Below are positions 1 through 8,134 of a stretch of 64,000 nt of DNA, piece by piece. The notes beneath the pieces are model-generated. The model saw only the letters and a list, made by a program, of their open reading frames with translations. It had not been told where the DNA came from and searched no databases. Origin of the DNA: an uncultured Verrucomicrobiae bacterium (GTDB lineage: Bacteria; Verrucomicrobiota; Verrucomicrobiia; Chthoniobacterales; JAFAMB01); assembly GCA_963837955.1 (NCBI GenBank), contig CAWIPH010000002.1, forward strand, positions 3,200,001-3,264,000. Reading direction: 5' to 3'. The position numbers and the translations under genes were made by a program. Each line of letters opens with the position of its first letter. The stretch's first letter is position 1.

Positions 1-393
1 CTTTCCGAAATGACCGAATGGGAATTTCTCTCAGAGGTGGTTGAGCAAGCAGATTGTGGAATCTTGCTGGATGTAAACAACATTTATGTCTCCTCTCAGA
101 ACCATAATTTCAATCCCTACGACTACCTAAATAATGTCCCCCACTCCCGAGTGGGCCAAATCCATATCGCCGGCCATTCAAAGTTTGAGAAATACATCCT
201 CGACACGCACGATCACCCGGTTTTGGATCCGGTTTGGCAGATGTACGCTCACGCGGTCAAGCTTTGCGGAAACACCGCGACACTTCTTGAGTGGGACGAT
301 CGAATCCCGACATTTGAGGAAGTTCACAATGAAGCGCTCAAAGCCAACCAATTCAAAGACAATGTCGTCGCAAGTTCCCAAGCGAATAAATAG
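1..393 (+). CDS. DUF692 family multinuclear non-heme iron oxidative enzyme (MbnB/TglH/ChrH-like), 5'-truncated by window edge
   Basis: C-terminal motifs LLDVNNIYVS, QIHIAGH, DTHDHPV, TLLEWDD typical of DUF692; frame is open to position 1. Confidence 0.9.
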   Translation, partial: LSEMTEWEFLSEVVEQADCGILLDVNNIYVSSQNHNFNPYDYLNNVPHSRVGQIHIAGHSKFEKYILDTHDHPVLDPVWQMYAHAVKLCGNTATLLEWDDRIPTFEEVHNEALKANQFKDNVVASSQANK

Positions 394-1291
394 TCGGGAA
401 GAATTACTCGAGTTGCAGCGCGCGATGGCCGGCGCGCTTTTTCGACCGCTGACCGATGACTGGAATATGCAGAGCGAGTCGAGTGACGGCCGCTCGATGC
501 AGGATTTCGCTGCCGAGTTCATTAAGCCAAACGACCGCCTGAGTTCCTTTGACCGCCTCGAGATCTACAATCGGCAATATTGGTTTCGGATCCTCGATTG
601 CCTTTATGACGACTATCCCGGGCTTCTCGCCGTTGTCGGTGAAGAAAAATTTCTAAAGCTGGCCACCGCCTACCTAACAAAGTATCAGTCTGAATCCTAC
701 ACACTGCGGAACCTAGGGGATCGCCTCGAAAAATTTCTTCGAGACGAGCCGCATTGGGCCGATCCAAACAACGCGTGCGCGATCGATATGGCACGATTCG
801 AGTGGGCCCAGGTCGTCGCATTCGACGGACCATCGAAGCCGGTGGTCACGCCAGACGAATTAATTGACGGCTCGTCCGAAGGGCTGCGATTGGGCCTGCA
901 ACCTTATTTATCAATTCTTAAGCTCGATTACCCGGTCGACGATTTGCTTATCGCAGTAAAAAAAGACGCCGATTCTCTGCGTGGGGAGGCTAGCAATGCA
1001 GTCAACGCTGCTCCAACCAACAAGGGCGAAACGGCCCAAGTCCAGCTACCCGAACCCGAAGTAACCTATCTCGCGGTCCACCGATTCGACAACATGATCT
1101 ATTTCAAACGGCTCGAACCGGAAGGCTACGTTATGCTGGAAGCGCTAGCTGCCGGATCCACCTTGGAGGACGCATGCCTCAAAGCGGTGGAACAAAGCAC
1201 TCGGACAGATGTGGATTGGCAAGCGCTCATTAAGGAGTGGTTCGACAATTGGGCAGCCTTGGGTTGGTTCTGTAGTCCCAAAGTAACCTGA
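362..1291 (+). CDS. DUF2063 family partner protein of DUF692 (HvfC/BufC-like)
   Basis: RLEIYNRQYWFR...DDYPGL...LGDRL..FL...DMARFEWA pattern; ATG at 362 overlaps the end of the DUF692 gene; usual DUF692-DUF2063 gene pair. Confidence 0.85.
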   Translation: MSSQVPKRINSREELLELQRAMAGALFRPLTDDWNMQSESSDGRSMQDFAAEFIKPNDRLSSFDRLEIYNRQYWFRILDCLYDDYPGLLAVVGEEKFLKLATAYLTKYQSESYTLRNLGDRLEKFLRDEPHWADPNNACAIDMARFEWAQVVAFDGPSKPVVTPDELIDGSSEGLRLGLQPYLSILKLDYPVDDLLIAVKKDADSLRGEASNAVNAAPTNKGETAQVQLPEPEVTYLAVHRFDNMIYFKRLEPEGYVMLEALAAGSTLEDACLKAVEQSTRTDVDWQALIKEWFDNWAALGWFCSPKVT

Positions 1292-1459
1292 TGCTCGTCG
1301 TTCTACCGAGAAAGATTGTGAGAGGTGATCGGTGAATGGTGGATGCCTGTCGGCAAATTCTCGGCGTAGATCTCCCCGCCGCCAATCACCAATCACCAAT
1401 CACCAATCACCAATCACTGATCACTGATACGCACCCTGAGGCTGGAGCATCAGGCTACT
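1283..1459. repeat. REP-like inverted pair (GTAG-type) enclosing heptamer repeats
   Basis: 1434-1458 is the reverse complement of GTAGCCTGATGCTCCAGCCTCAGGG; degenerate opposite arm GTAACCTGATGCTC at 1283-1296. Confidence 0.6.
1382..1430. repeat. Tandem heptamer repeat (CCAATCA)x5 plus two degenerate units
   Basis: Read directly: ccaatca x5, ctgatca, ctgatac. Confidence 0.9.
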
Positions 1460-1472
1460 CAGGACGGCCGTC

Positions 1473-2186
1473 CTAGTATTTGTCGTGATAGCGCACCCAC
1501 GCCTGCGTGAAATCTAATCCGGCCTCGTCCCGGCCTTTGGGGACCAAATCAAGGTAATTGTAGGCCGCATTCAGCACATCTATCCCGCGGGCGTAAGAGG
1601 AATAGGTGTGGAATATATTTCCAAATCCATCCTTGTAGAAAACGCTGGTTCCCGGCAATTCCGGCGAATCGGTCTTGTGCCTGCCGTAATTGTAATAAAC
1701 CTCTTTCTTTAGGTCCTCCTGCGTAAACGATACGTGGTAGTCGTAGTTGAAATCGTTCTTCAAGGATGATAGCCACCTGAAACTCCACCCCATCCGCTTC
1801 TTGAACGTTTCCAGCTTTTCCAATGGAGCACGGGAAATCGCAACCATGGTCACATCACGGTGATTGAGATGTACGCCGATGCCATTAAAACTGTCGGCCC
1901 AAAATGAACAGGACGGACACCCTTCAGGCCAATCCGGGTCAAACATGAAATGGTAGACAACCAGTTGACTTCTTCCCTCAAAGAGATCCGCCAGGGTCTC
2001 CTTTCCCTTTGGACCCTCGAAGACGTATTCCTTTTCCACTTTTATCCAGGGCAACTCTCTTCGTTGCTGGCTCAGCTGATCTCGCAGCCGGGTGAACTCT
2101 TTCTCTTTGGCCAGAAGGCCCTTGCGGGCTTCAAGCCATTCTGTTTGCGAAACTACTTTATGTTTTTTGGGGGGTATTTCTGTCAT
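1473..2186 (-). CDS. DUF899 thioredoxin-like protein
   Basis: WLEARKGLLAKEKEFTR, LADLFEGRSQLVVYHFMF, CPSC, FHTYSSYARG, LDLVPKGRDE, WVRYHDKY. Confidence 0.92.
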   Translation of the reverse strand: MTEIPPKKHKVVSQTEWLEARKGLLAKEKEFTRLRDQLSQQRRELPWIKVEKEYVFEGPKGKETLADLFEGRSQLVVYHFMFDPDWPEGCPSCSFWADSFNGIGVHLNHRDVTMVAISRAPLEKLETFKKRMGWSFRWLSSLKNDFNYDYHVSFTQEDLKKEVYYNYGRHKTDSPELPGTSVFYKDGFGNIFHTYSSYARGIDVLNAAYNYLDLVPKGRDEAGLDFTQAWVRYHDKY

Positions 2187-2237
2187 ACAATGTCTCCGGT
2201 TGTTTGGGAGATTTCCGAACCAATCGTGTAAGCGGGA

Positions 2238-2654
2238 TCATCCAGCTTCCTGCGTTTCCACCAACTGAGTCAGCCGTTTCAAGAAACGGTCTCCCCACCC
2301 CTGTTCGTACTTTTCGAAAATGTCCGTTTCGTGCGGTGGCAATCCTTCCCAGCCGGAATGCGTCAAAATTAGTTTAGTGTGTTGGCCGAGTTGCGAGAGC
2401 GCGAAGGCGACGAGTGTCTCAGGTTTGGCGCCCGCAGCTTTAAAGCTATAGACTAACCTTTCACAGGGAATGACTTCTCGCACCACACAGTAAATCGTTC
2501 CTTGTTCTTCGCATCGAAGTGTGAAGTCCTTTCCGACGCAGGCTTCAAAATCTGTCGGCAGAAACCAAGTGGCGATCTTCTTCGGATCGGTGAGATGTTG
2601 CCATACTTTCTCAACCGGAGCTTTGATAGTGATTTCCTTGCGGATGATCCTCAT
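2238..2654 (-). CDS. SRPBCC/AHSA1 (START-like) domain protein
   Basis: I.IKAPVEKVWQHLTDP..IATWF, TKLILTHSGW, GW; coupled to the ArsR gene by an ATGA overlap. Confidence 0.88.
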   Translation of the reverse strand: MRIIRKEITIKAPVEKVWQHLTDPKKIATWFLPTDFEACVGKDFTLRCEEQGTIYCVVREVIPCERLVYSFKAAGAKPETLVAFALSQLGQHTKLILTHSGWEGLPPHETDIFEKYEQGWGDRFLKRLTQLVETQEAG

Positions 2655-2989
2655 GGCTCCTGTTCCACCTGCTTTTTGAGATTTTCCAATTTCTCATCCC
2701 AGAACGCTTCAAACTTCGACAGCCAGCCTCGAACCGTTTTGAGTGGAGCCGGATTAAGCGTTTGGATCCGCTCGCGGCCGCGCCGGCGAACAGTGATCAA
2801 CTTGGCCGTGCGCAGTACCCGCAGATGTTTGATGACGGCAGGCCGGCTCATGGCGAACTGTTCCGCGATTCGACCGACTGGCTGCTCTCCCCGAGCAAGC
2901 ATATCGAGAATGAGTCTGCGATTCGGGTCAGCGATCGACAAAAAAATGCGGTCTTGCCGGGGAGTGCACTTGGAGTGACCCAATACCAT
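2651..2989 (-). CDS. ArsR/SmtB family transcriptional regulator
   Basis: IADPNRRLILDML, MSRPAVIKHLRVL, RRGRER, FWDEKLENLK; start uncertain (2989 preferred because 3016 lies inside the operator). Confidence 0.88.
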   Translation of the reverse strand: MVLGHSKCTPRQDRIFLSIADPNRRLILDMLARGEQPVGRIAEQFAMSRPAVIKHLRVLRTAKLITVRRRGRERIQTLNPAPLKTVRGWLSKFEAFWDEKLENLKKQVEQEP

Positions 2990-3004
2990 AAGATCACTGC
3001 CAAT

Positions 3005-3024
3005 ATGTAACTCCAAGGTTACAT
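3005..3024. promoter_or_regulatory. Palindromic operator ATGTAAC-N6-GTTACAT, probable ArsR autoregulatory site
   Basis: Perfect 7-bp inverted repeat immediately upstream of the ArsR gene. Confidence 0.7.
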
Positions 3025-3104
3025 GTCAAATGACGAAAGTTACGTATCGAAGTTGCGTCTAAAAGACAGGCTCCCGTCCAATCTCAGATCGCGACCACCA
3101 CGGC

Positions 3105-3217
3105 GTAGCCTGATCCTCCTGGCTCAGGAATCCATGGCGTTATGAGTCCGTAAGACCCTCTACGTGCACTATTCGAGCCGGCAGCGAGGTTCCCTGAGGC
3201 TGGAGCATCAGGCTACT
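3105..3217. repeat. REP doublet (REPIN-like), GTAG-type
   Basis: GTAGCCTGATCCTCCTGGCTCAGGA at 3105-3129 and inverted CCCTGAGGCTGGAGCATCAGGCTACT at 3192-3217, the latter identical to 1434-1459. Confidence 0.75.
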
Positions 3218-4145
3218 GCCCGGTCGTGATCGCGCGGCGAACGGACGCCAATGGAGCGCTATCGTCGAAACGCACTGTTTTCCCATTCGATATCACTCCG
3301 AGTTGTTTCCAGAGGGCATTCAGATCGGGTGTTACTGGCTTTGCCCTCCATTCGTTGTAAAGCTCTGTTAAGACCGGAACTCCAGTGGCTTTGTCACCCG
3401 TCGCCAACAAGTCGGTTAGTTCTGCTTCTGTCTGGATGTTGCCGTTCTTTTCCAGGATTGCTCGCACGGCGTCTTCCAGACCCTTCTGATTGCGGGTGCG
3501 GCGCCGGATCTCAACATCGGCGTAAAGGCAGAACATGGCTCCTCCCCAGTAGGTGCGACCCCAAGTCGGCGTGTAATCCAGACCGCGATCGCCGGTTTTG
3601 GGAAGGCCGTTCGGCATGCCATCAACCATGTCTCCCCAAATTTTCTCCGGCGATAATTGGCCAACTCGCGTCCTGGCAATCGGCTCAACGTAGGTGGCCA
3701 ACCCTTCTTCGATCCAATGATGCTTTTCGGCCACCGAAGGCAGCGCGAGATGCACCATTTCGTGGGTCATGATCCAATCATCGTCGAATTGCACAGCAGT
3801 GTTATTTCGACCTACGGCGATTTCAATTCGCGCACCTTTCCAGCCCGAAGCGTGCCCGTTGTCTACACCCCATCGACTGCGAAGATTCACCGTGATGTTG
3901 ACCATGGAAACGGGATATCTTCGGTAGTAAGCGCTCACTGCCGTTGCTGCTTTGGTAATCCAGACTTGAATGGCCTGCTTCAGCGGATCAGCCGGAGGCG
4001 TTGAAAACGATACTTGAATAATTGAACCCGCGGACTTGAGCGTGATTCCGCTGTTCGAAGTTTGGCTGTGCATTGGTGCACCCGAGCAAGTGAAAATCAG
4101 AACCAGGCTCGTTGTGATGATACAACTCCGAGCTGCAATACGCAT
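3213..4145 (-). CDS. Secreted HEXXH zinc metallopeptidase-like protein (gluzincin type)
   Basis: N-terminal hydrophobic signal; THEMVH followed by WIEEGLATY; downstream TYWGGA. Confidence 0.7.
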   Translation of the reverse strand: MRIAARSCIITTSLVLIFTCSGAPMHSQTSNSGITLKSAGSIIQVSFSTPPADPLKQAIQVWITKAATAVSAYYRRYPVSMVNITVNLRSRWGVDNGHASGWKGARIEIAVGRNNTAVQFDDDWIMTHEMVHLALPSVAEKHHWIEEGLATYVEPIARTRVGQLSPEKIWGDMVDGMPNGLPKTGDRGLDYTPTWGRTYWGGAMFCLYADVEIRRRTRNQKGLEDAVRAILEKNGNIQTEAELTDLLATGDKATGVPVLTELYNEWRAKPVTPDLNALWKQLGVISNGKTVRFDDSAPLASVRRAITTGQ

Positions 4146-4409
4146 GAGTTACCTTTTCTGTTTTGTGTATTGAGAACAGCCGTAAGAGTCGCCCGAATCG
4201 TATTTTCTTCCTCAAACTGATTCAGCGTTTGCCACAAACCTCCGCAGTCTCAATCCGCGGGCAATTCGCGTGGCTCACAGTGTGATGAACCCTGGAGGCA
4301 TTCAAATATAGAGCCGGCCCACGATTCGTCTGAATGACTGCGTTAATACAATAGGATCACTGTTTTTTCTTGGAAGGACTATCCGCTCCGGCCCCCACCG
4401 CAACGACCG

Positions 4410-5234
4410 CTATTCGGGTGCGGCGTGCGGAGTGGAGACTTCTCTAAGGCCCTCTGGAGTGAATTCTCGATCGGCATAGGCCACGTCGTGTTTAATACGG
4501 GAGCCGTCCAGATCGGTCACGGAATCTCCCCGCGGACCGCGCACGAGCAGATTGCCAGGGATGGACCGACCCAGATCGTCTGTGACCACCCGCGTCGTCT
4601 CAATGCGGCGCGCTGGCTGGCCCGCGCCGAGGTTTTTTTCTACGCGGAGCGCAACGAATCGGCGGGGATCAATCCAAGTGCGCACGCTCGCGTAAGTGGA
4701 CGACTCTCCCCTGCCAGGTCTCGACTCAAGAATGACGCAGTTCACGCCATTCAGGACCTCATTGCCAGCGATGGACTGGTTTTCCCAATCGAAGAAGTCC
4801 TCGATGATATCCTGGTAAGATAGATTGCTGCCGAACAGGGCGTCGTTCATCTGTGAGGTATCTAGAGAGCGCAGCTGATCAGGAGGCGTGAAAAGCGAAC
4901 CAGTCGGGGCGTGACCATCTACTTTGTGTAAGAGGACGGCTTCTCCTTTTCGCTCTTTGGGCCAAAGCACTTGGTAAACGAGGTCGGTGGCCGTCTTCGT
5001 ACGGCGCTGCTTAATCTGAAGTTGAAGCGCGACCTTGGTGGTGCCGTCAGGCTGTTTCACTTCAAGACGAAGACGCACGTAAGACACGCCATCCTGCAGG
5101 GCGGAAAGGCGGGCGGCGAGGTCCTTGGCGGATATTGCGGGTGGCGCAGTGTCGGCGCCGCGGGCGAACGAAGCAAGTAGCGTAAGGCCGAGAATGGCTG
5201 GAACGCGTAACATCATCGAGTACAGCAGATTCAT
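4410..5234 (-). CDS. Outer-membrane lipoprotein-sorting (LolA-like) periplasmic protein
   Basis: Signal peptide ending ARG-A; LWPKERKGEAVL, LFGSNLSYQDI, YASVRTWID motifs typical of LolA-like proteins. Confidence 0.75.
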   Translation of the reverse strand: MNLLYSMMLRVPAILGLTLLASFARGADTAPPAISAKDLAARLSALQDGVSYVRLRLEVKQPDGTTKVALQLQIKQRRTKTATDLVYQVLWPKERKGEAVLLHKVDGHAPTGSLFTPPDQLRSLDTSQMNDALFGSNLSYQDIIEDFFDWENQSIAGNEVLNGVNCVILESRPGRGESSTYASVRTWIDPRRFVALRVEKNLGAGQPARRIETTRVVTDDLGRSIPGNLLVRGPRGDSVTDLDGSRIKHDVAYADREFTPEGLREVSTPHAAPE

Positions 5235-5253
5235 GGATTGTTCGTGTCGAAAG

Positions 5254-6369
5254 TCAGCCTTGTAAGGCCCGGCCCGGGGTGAGCCGCGAACTACGCCATG
5301 CAGGGTAGAGACCGCTCATAACGCCTACCACAACGGCGATCCCCACAGATTTAGCGAGGAGAATGAAGCTGGTGTCCGGCTCCAGGAGTCCGCGGATGGC
5401 AGGCGTCGCGCCGAGGAACTTTACACCAATAGCACCGATGAGCACGCCTACCACGCCGCCGAGCAGACCGAGCAGGGCCGACTCCCACAGAACCATCCGA
5501 ACGATCCGCCCTCGTTTCCATCCGAGTGCGAGCAAAACACAAATCTCCTGCGTGCGCTCAAATACGTTCATCAGCATCGTGTTCATTACGCCGAGTACAC
5601 CGACGAGCACCGCCAGCAAAGAAGTGCCCCAGCTCATGGCCTGCACCATGCGATACGCCTCGCTATTGGTGATATTCTCGCTCGCCACCACGGCGCGGCC
5701 TTCCGGGACCAGGCGGTTGATCTGCTCACAGAGAAGGTCCACATCTTTGGCGCTGGTTGAGGGCGTGACGCTGATGTCGACAATATTGATCCTGCCCTCA
5801 TTCCCAGAGATTTCTTGGAACAGGGGGAGAGAGAGAATGATCGAGCCGTTCTCCACCCACGCATTGCCGTCGACGATCCCAACCACGGTCAGCTCACGAG
5901 TCTCGATCTCAATCGGATCACCAACTTTTTTCTTAAGCACTTCCGCCGCTGTACGGCCCAAGACAACGGCTGGCTCTGCCGGGTCGCGCGGCATTCGCCC
6001 CGAGATTACCTTGAGATTTTTCCAAGCAAATCCGGCCCACTCCCGCGCGGACACCATCATCATCTCGGTGTTCTCAACGCTCATCAAGTCTACCAATATC
6101 GCGCACGTGTCAGCCACGTGAGGAAGGTGAGCGATCCGGTCGCGCACCGAGACGGGAAACGGCTTCGGGATCAGGGAGCTGCCCATATTGCTGATTACCA
6201 CATCGGTGCCACGCGCTTTCAATCCTGACTCCCAGCTCCGATTAAACCCGCGCGAGATACCGACCAATGCAACGACGGCGGCAATGCCGATTGAGATGCC
6301 TAAGAGTGTCAGCCCGGTTCGCATCGGACGACGTGTCAGCCCACGCACCACCACTGTGAAAAAAGTCAT
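5254..6369 (-). CDS. ABC transporter permease, MacB/FtsX (LolC/E-like)
   Basis: RTGLTLLGISIGIAAVVAL, periplasmic domain, VMNTMLMNVFERTQEI, LYPAWRSSRL. Confidence 0.92.
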   Translation of the reverse strand: MTFFTVVVRGLTRRPMRTGLTLLGISIGIAAVVALVGISRGFNRSWESGLKARGTDVVISNMGSSLIPKPFPVSVRDRIAHLPHVADTCAILVDLMSVENTEMMMVSAREWAGFAWKNLKVISGRMPRDPAEPAVVLGRTAAEVLKKKVGDPIEIETRELTVVGIVDGNAWVENGSIILSLPLFQEISGNEGRINIVDISVTPSTSAKDVDLLCEQINRLVPEGRAVVASENITNSEAYRMVQAMSWGTSLLAVLVGVLGVMNTMLMNVFERTQEICVLLALGWKRGRIVRMVLWESALLGLLGGVVGVLIGAIGVKFLGATPAIRGLLEPDTSFILLAKSVGIAVVVGVMSGLYPAWRSSRLTPGRALQG

Positions 6370-6370
6370 A

Positions 6371-7117
6371 TTATGCTCCTGCGACGGCCGTTTCGCGATC
6401 TGATACAACGCGCCCGTCCTTCATGTGGATTATTCGTGATGCTCGCTGGGCGATGCTCGGGTCGTGCGTCACCAACACCAGCGTCATGTTCTCCTCCAGG
6501 TGGACCCGAACGATCAGCTCGAGGATGAGGCGTGCGTTCTCGCTGTCGAGGTTGCCCGTCGGTTCATCCGCAAGCAGGACGGAAGGAGTATTAGCCAGGC
6601 TGCGGGCGATGGCAACGCGCTGCCTTTCTCCGCCGGACAGCTTAGCTGGGAAGTGGTTGAGGCGGTGCTCCAGTCCGACCGACTTTAGCAAGGTCATGGC
6701 TCGATATTTGCGCTCCGAAACGGGAAGGTCGCTTTCAAACATCGGAATTTGCACGTTCTCGAGCGCAGTAAAGGTCGGCAGCAGGTGAAACGCCTGGAAA
6801 ATGAAGCCGATCTGATGAGCGCGATAACTCGATGGATCAGGCAGATCAGGAATCGAGTTTCCACGGTAGAGCAAGGTTCCAGCAGTAGGCCGGTCAAGCG
6901 CACCCAGCATTTGAAGCAGTGTGGTTTTTCCACAGCCGCTTGGACCGGTAATGGCCACGAAATCTCCCTGGACCACGCTAAAAGTTACACCGCGCAAGGC
7001 CTGGACTTGGCCATCCTCGAATTTTTTCTCGAGCCCTATCGCCTCGAACACGTATCTCGAAGGTGCGGTGGTCGGGTTCTCCAATGTACTTTGACTAATA
7101 GATGAATGCTGACTCAC
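6371..7117 (-). CDS. ABC transporter ATP-binding protein (LolD/MacB-type)
   Basis: Walker A GPSGCGKT, LSGGERQRVAIAR, LADEPTGNLD, VTHD. Confidence 0.95.
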   Translation of the reverse strand: MSQHSSISQSTLENPTTAPSRYVFEAIGLEKKFEDGQVQALRGVTFSVVQGDFVAITGPSGCGKTTLLQMLGALDRPTAGTLLYRGNSIPDLPDPSSYRAHQIGFIFQAFHLLPTFTALENVQIPMFESDLPVSERKYRAMTLLKSVGLEHRLNHFPAKLSGGERQRVAIARSLANTPSVLLADEPTGNLDSENARLILELIVRVHLEENMTLVLVTHDPSIAQRASRIIHMKDGRVVSDRETAVAGA

Positions 7118-7172
7118 AAGATCGGTCGTCGCGTGTTCGCCCCAGCTGCGCCTATGGGCTGCACACTCCTGT

Positions 7173-8129
7173 TCAAGGTGGCGTGGCTGTGCGCCACTGG
7201 GCTCCCGCTCGCGGGTCGCGAAGACTATTAAGAAGGTCCATCAACGCATGCCGGTAGCTCGGAAATGGAGATACTTCGCCGGGGTTCTTCGGCGCGAGTT
7301 CCGAAGCGTGTTGGGGCAATTCCGCGTGCGGCACGCCGGAATGCCGGTGATGAACGCCGTGATAGGGCTCATGGAGCAGAGTGAAGGCGACGAACTGGCC
7401 GAGCGGCCCCTCTGACACAATGCTCCGGGTAGAGCTGTTTACAGTCGAGCCGGTGAGTCCGACGTGCTCGATGTATTTGCGCCAGCTCTGCATGTTCGCG
7501 GCCAGAAACGCAGGCGCCAGGTACATCCACAGAAAATATTTCCATGCGCCCCACCACGTCACCGCCGCCAGGATACAAAACCACACACCAGCCATCAGGG
7601 CGAACTCCGCCCAAATTCGCCGGCGCAGCTTTTTGTTCCGAATCGGCGTACCGGTGCGGAGAAAAGTGCGTACGAACAAAAACGGCGTGTAAAACAAGCC
7701 GAGATTTAGTTCCAGAATTGCGGCCAGGACCCTGCCCCAGCGCGGCGTTCCAGGAATGACGAAGGGCCAGAGTTCTATGTCCCGTTCAGTGGCCAGATAT
7801 GCGTGATGCAATTGGTGCGCCGCGCGGTAGAGGCTCAAGCTCATCAAGCTAAAGACCCCAATAATAATGCCATCAATTTCATTCAAGCGCCGGCTCTTTC
7901 GAAGCAGTCCATGAGATGCCTCATGGAAGCCGATCAACATCCCGTGCATAAGGTGGCTGGCCGTTAACACTAGCGGCAAAGCTAACCAGATAGATCCAAA
8001 GTACAGGGCGGTACCCAGTGCAGCTTGATTGAGAAAGAAAACGGCGGCGAGGACTGGGAAAGCCGCACGGCTCACCCAATGGGGTTGTTGCGGTTCGAGC
8101 AACGTTTCTGTTGATGGCGTAGTATTCAT
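7173..8129 (-). CDS. Membrane fatty acid desaturase family protein
   Basis: His boxes HEASH, HQLHH, EH, HGVHH; several hydrophobic segments; ATG at 8129 just after the C-domain stop. Confidence 0.88.
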   Translation of the reverse strand: MNTTPSTETLLEPQQPHWVSRAAFPVLAAVFFLNQAALGTALYFGSIWLALPLVLTASHLMHGMLIGFHEASHGLLRKSRRLNEIDGIIIGVFSLMSLSLYRAAHQLHHAYLATERDIELWPFVIPGTPRWGRVLAAILELNLGLFYTPFLFVRTFLRTGTPIRNKKLRRRIWAEFALMAGVWFCILAAVTWWGAWKYFLWMYLAPAFLAANMQSWRKYIEHVGLTGSTVNSSTRSIVSEGPLGQFVAFTLLHEPYHGVHHRHSGVPHAELPQHASELAPKNPGEVSPFPSYRHALMDLLNSLRDPRAGAQWRTATPP

Positions 8130-8134
8130 CGCGT

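Noticed and set aside
134..361. N-terminal extension of the 385-aa ORF 134..1291
   Set aside because: Overlaps the DUF692 gene in another frame and looks non-protein-like; ATG at 362 fits the DUF2063 family
1382..1459. Possible CRISPR array
   Set aside because: 7-bp tandem units without spacers; the 26-bp repeat has only two exact copies 1.7 kb apart; no cas genes
5363..6121. 252-aa plus-strand ORF and the many other antisense ORFs over the PKS, amidases and GT genes
   Set aside because: Shadow frames of well-supported genes in GC-rich DNA, with no recognisable motifs
5254..7117. Housekeeping lolCDE or macAB call
   Set aside because: Only one permease, no MacA adaptor or TolC, and embedded in the PKS operon; gene symbols withheld
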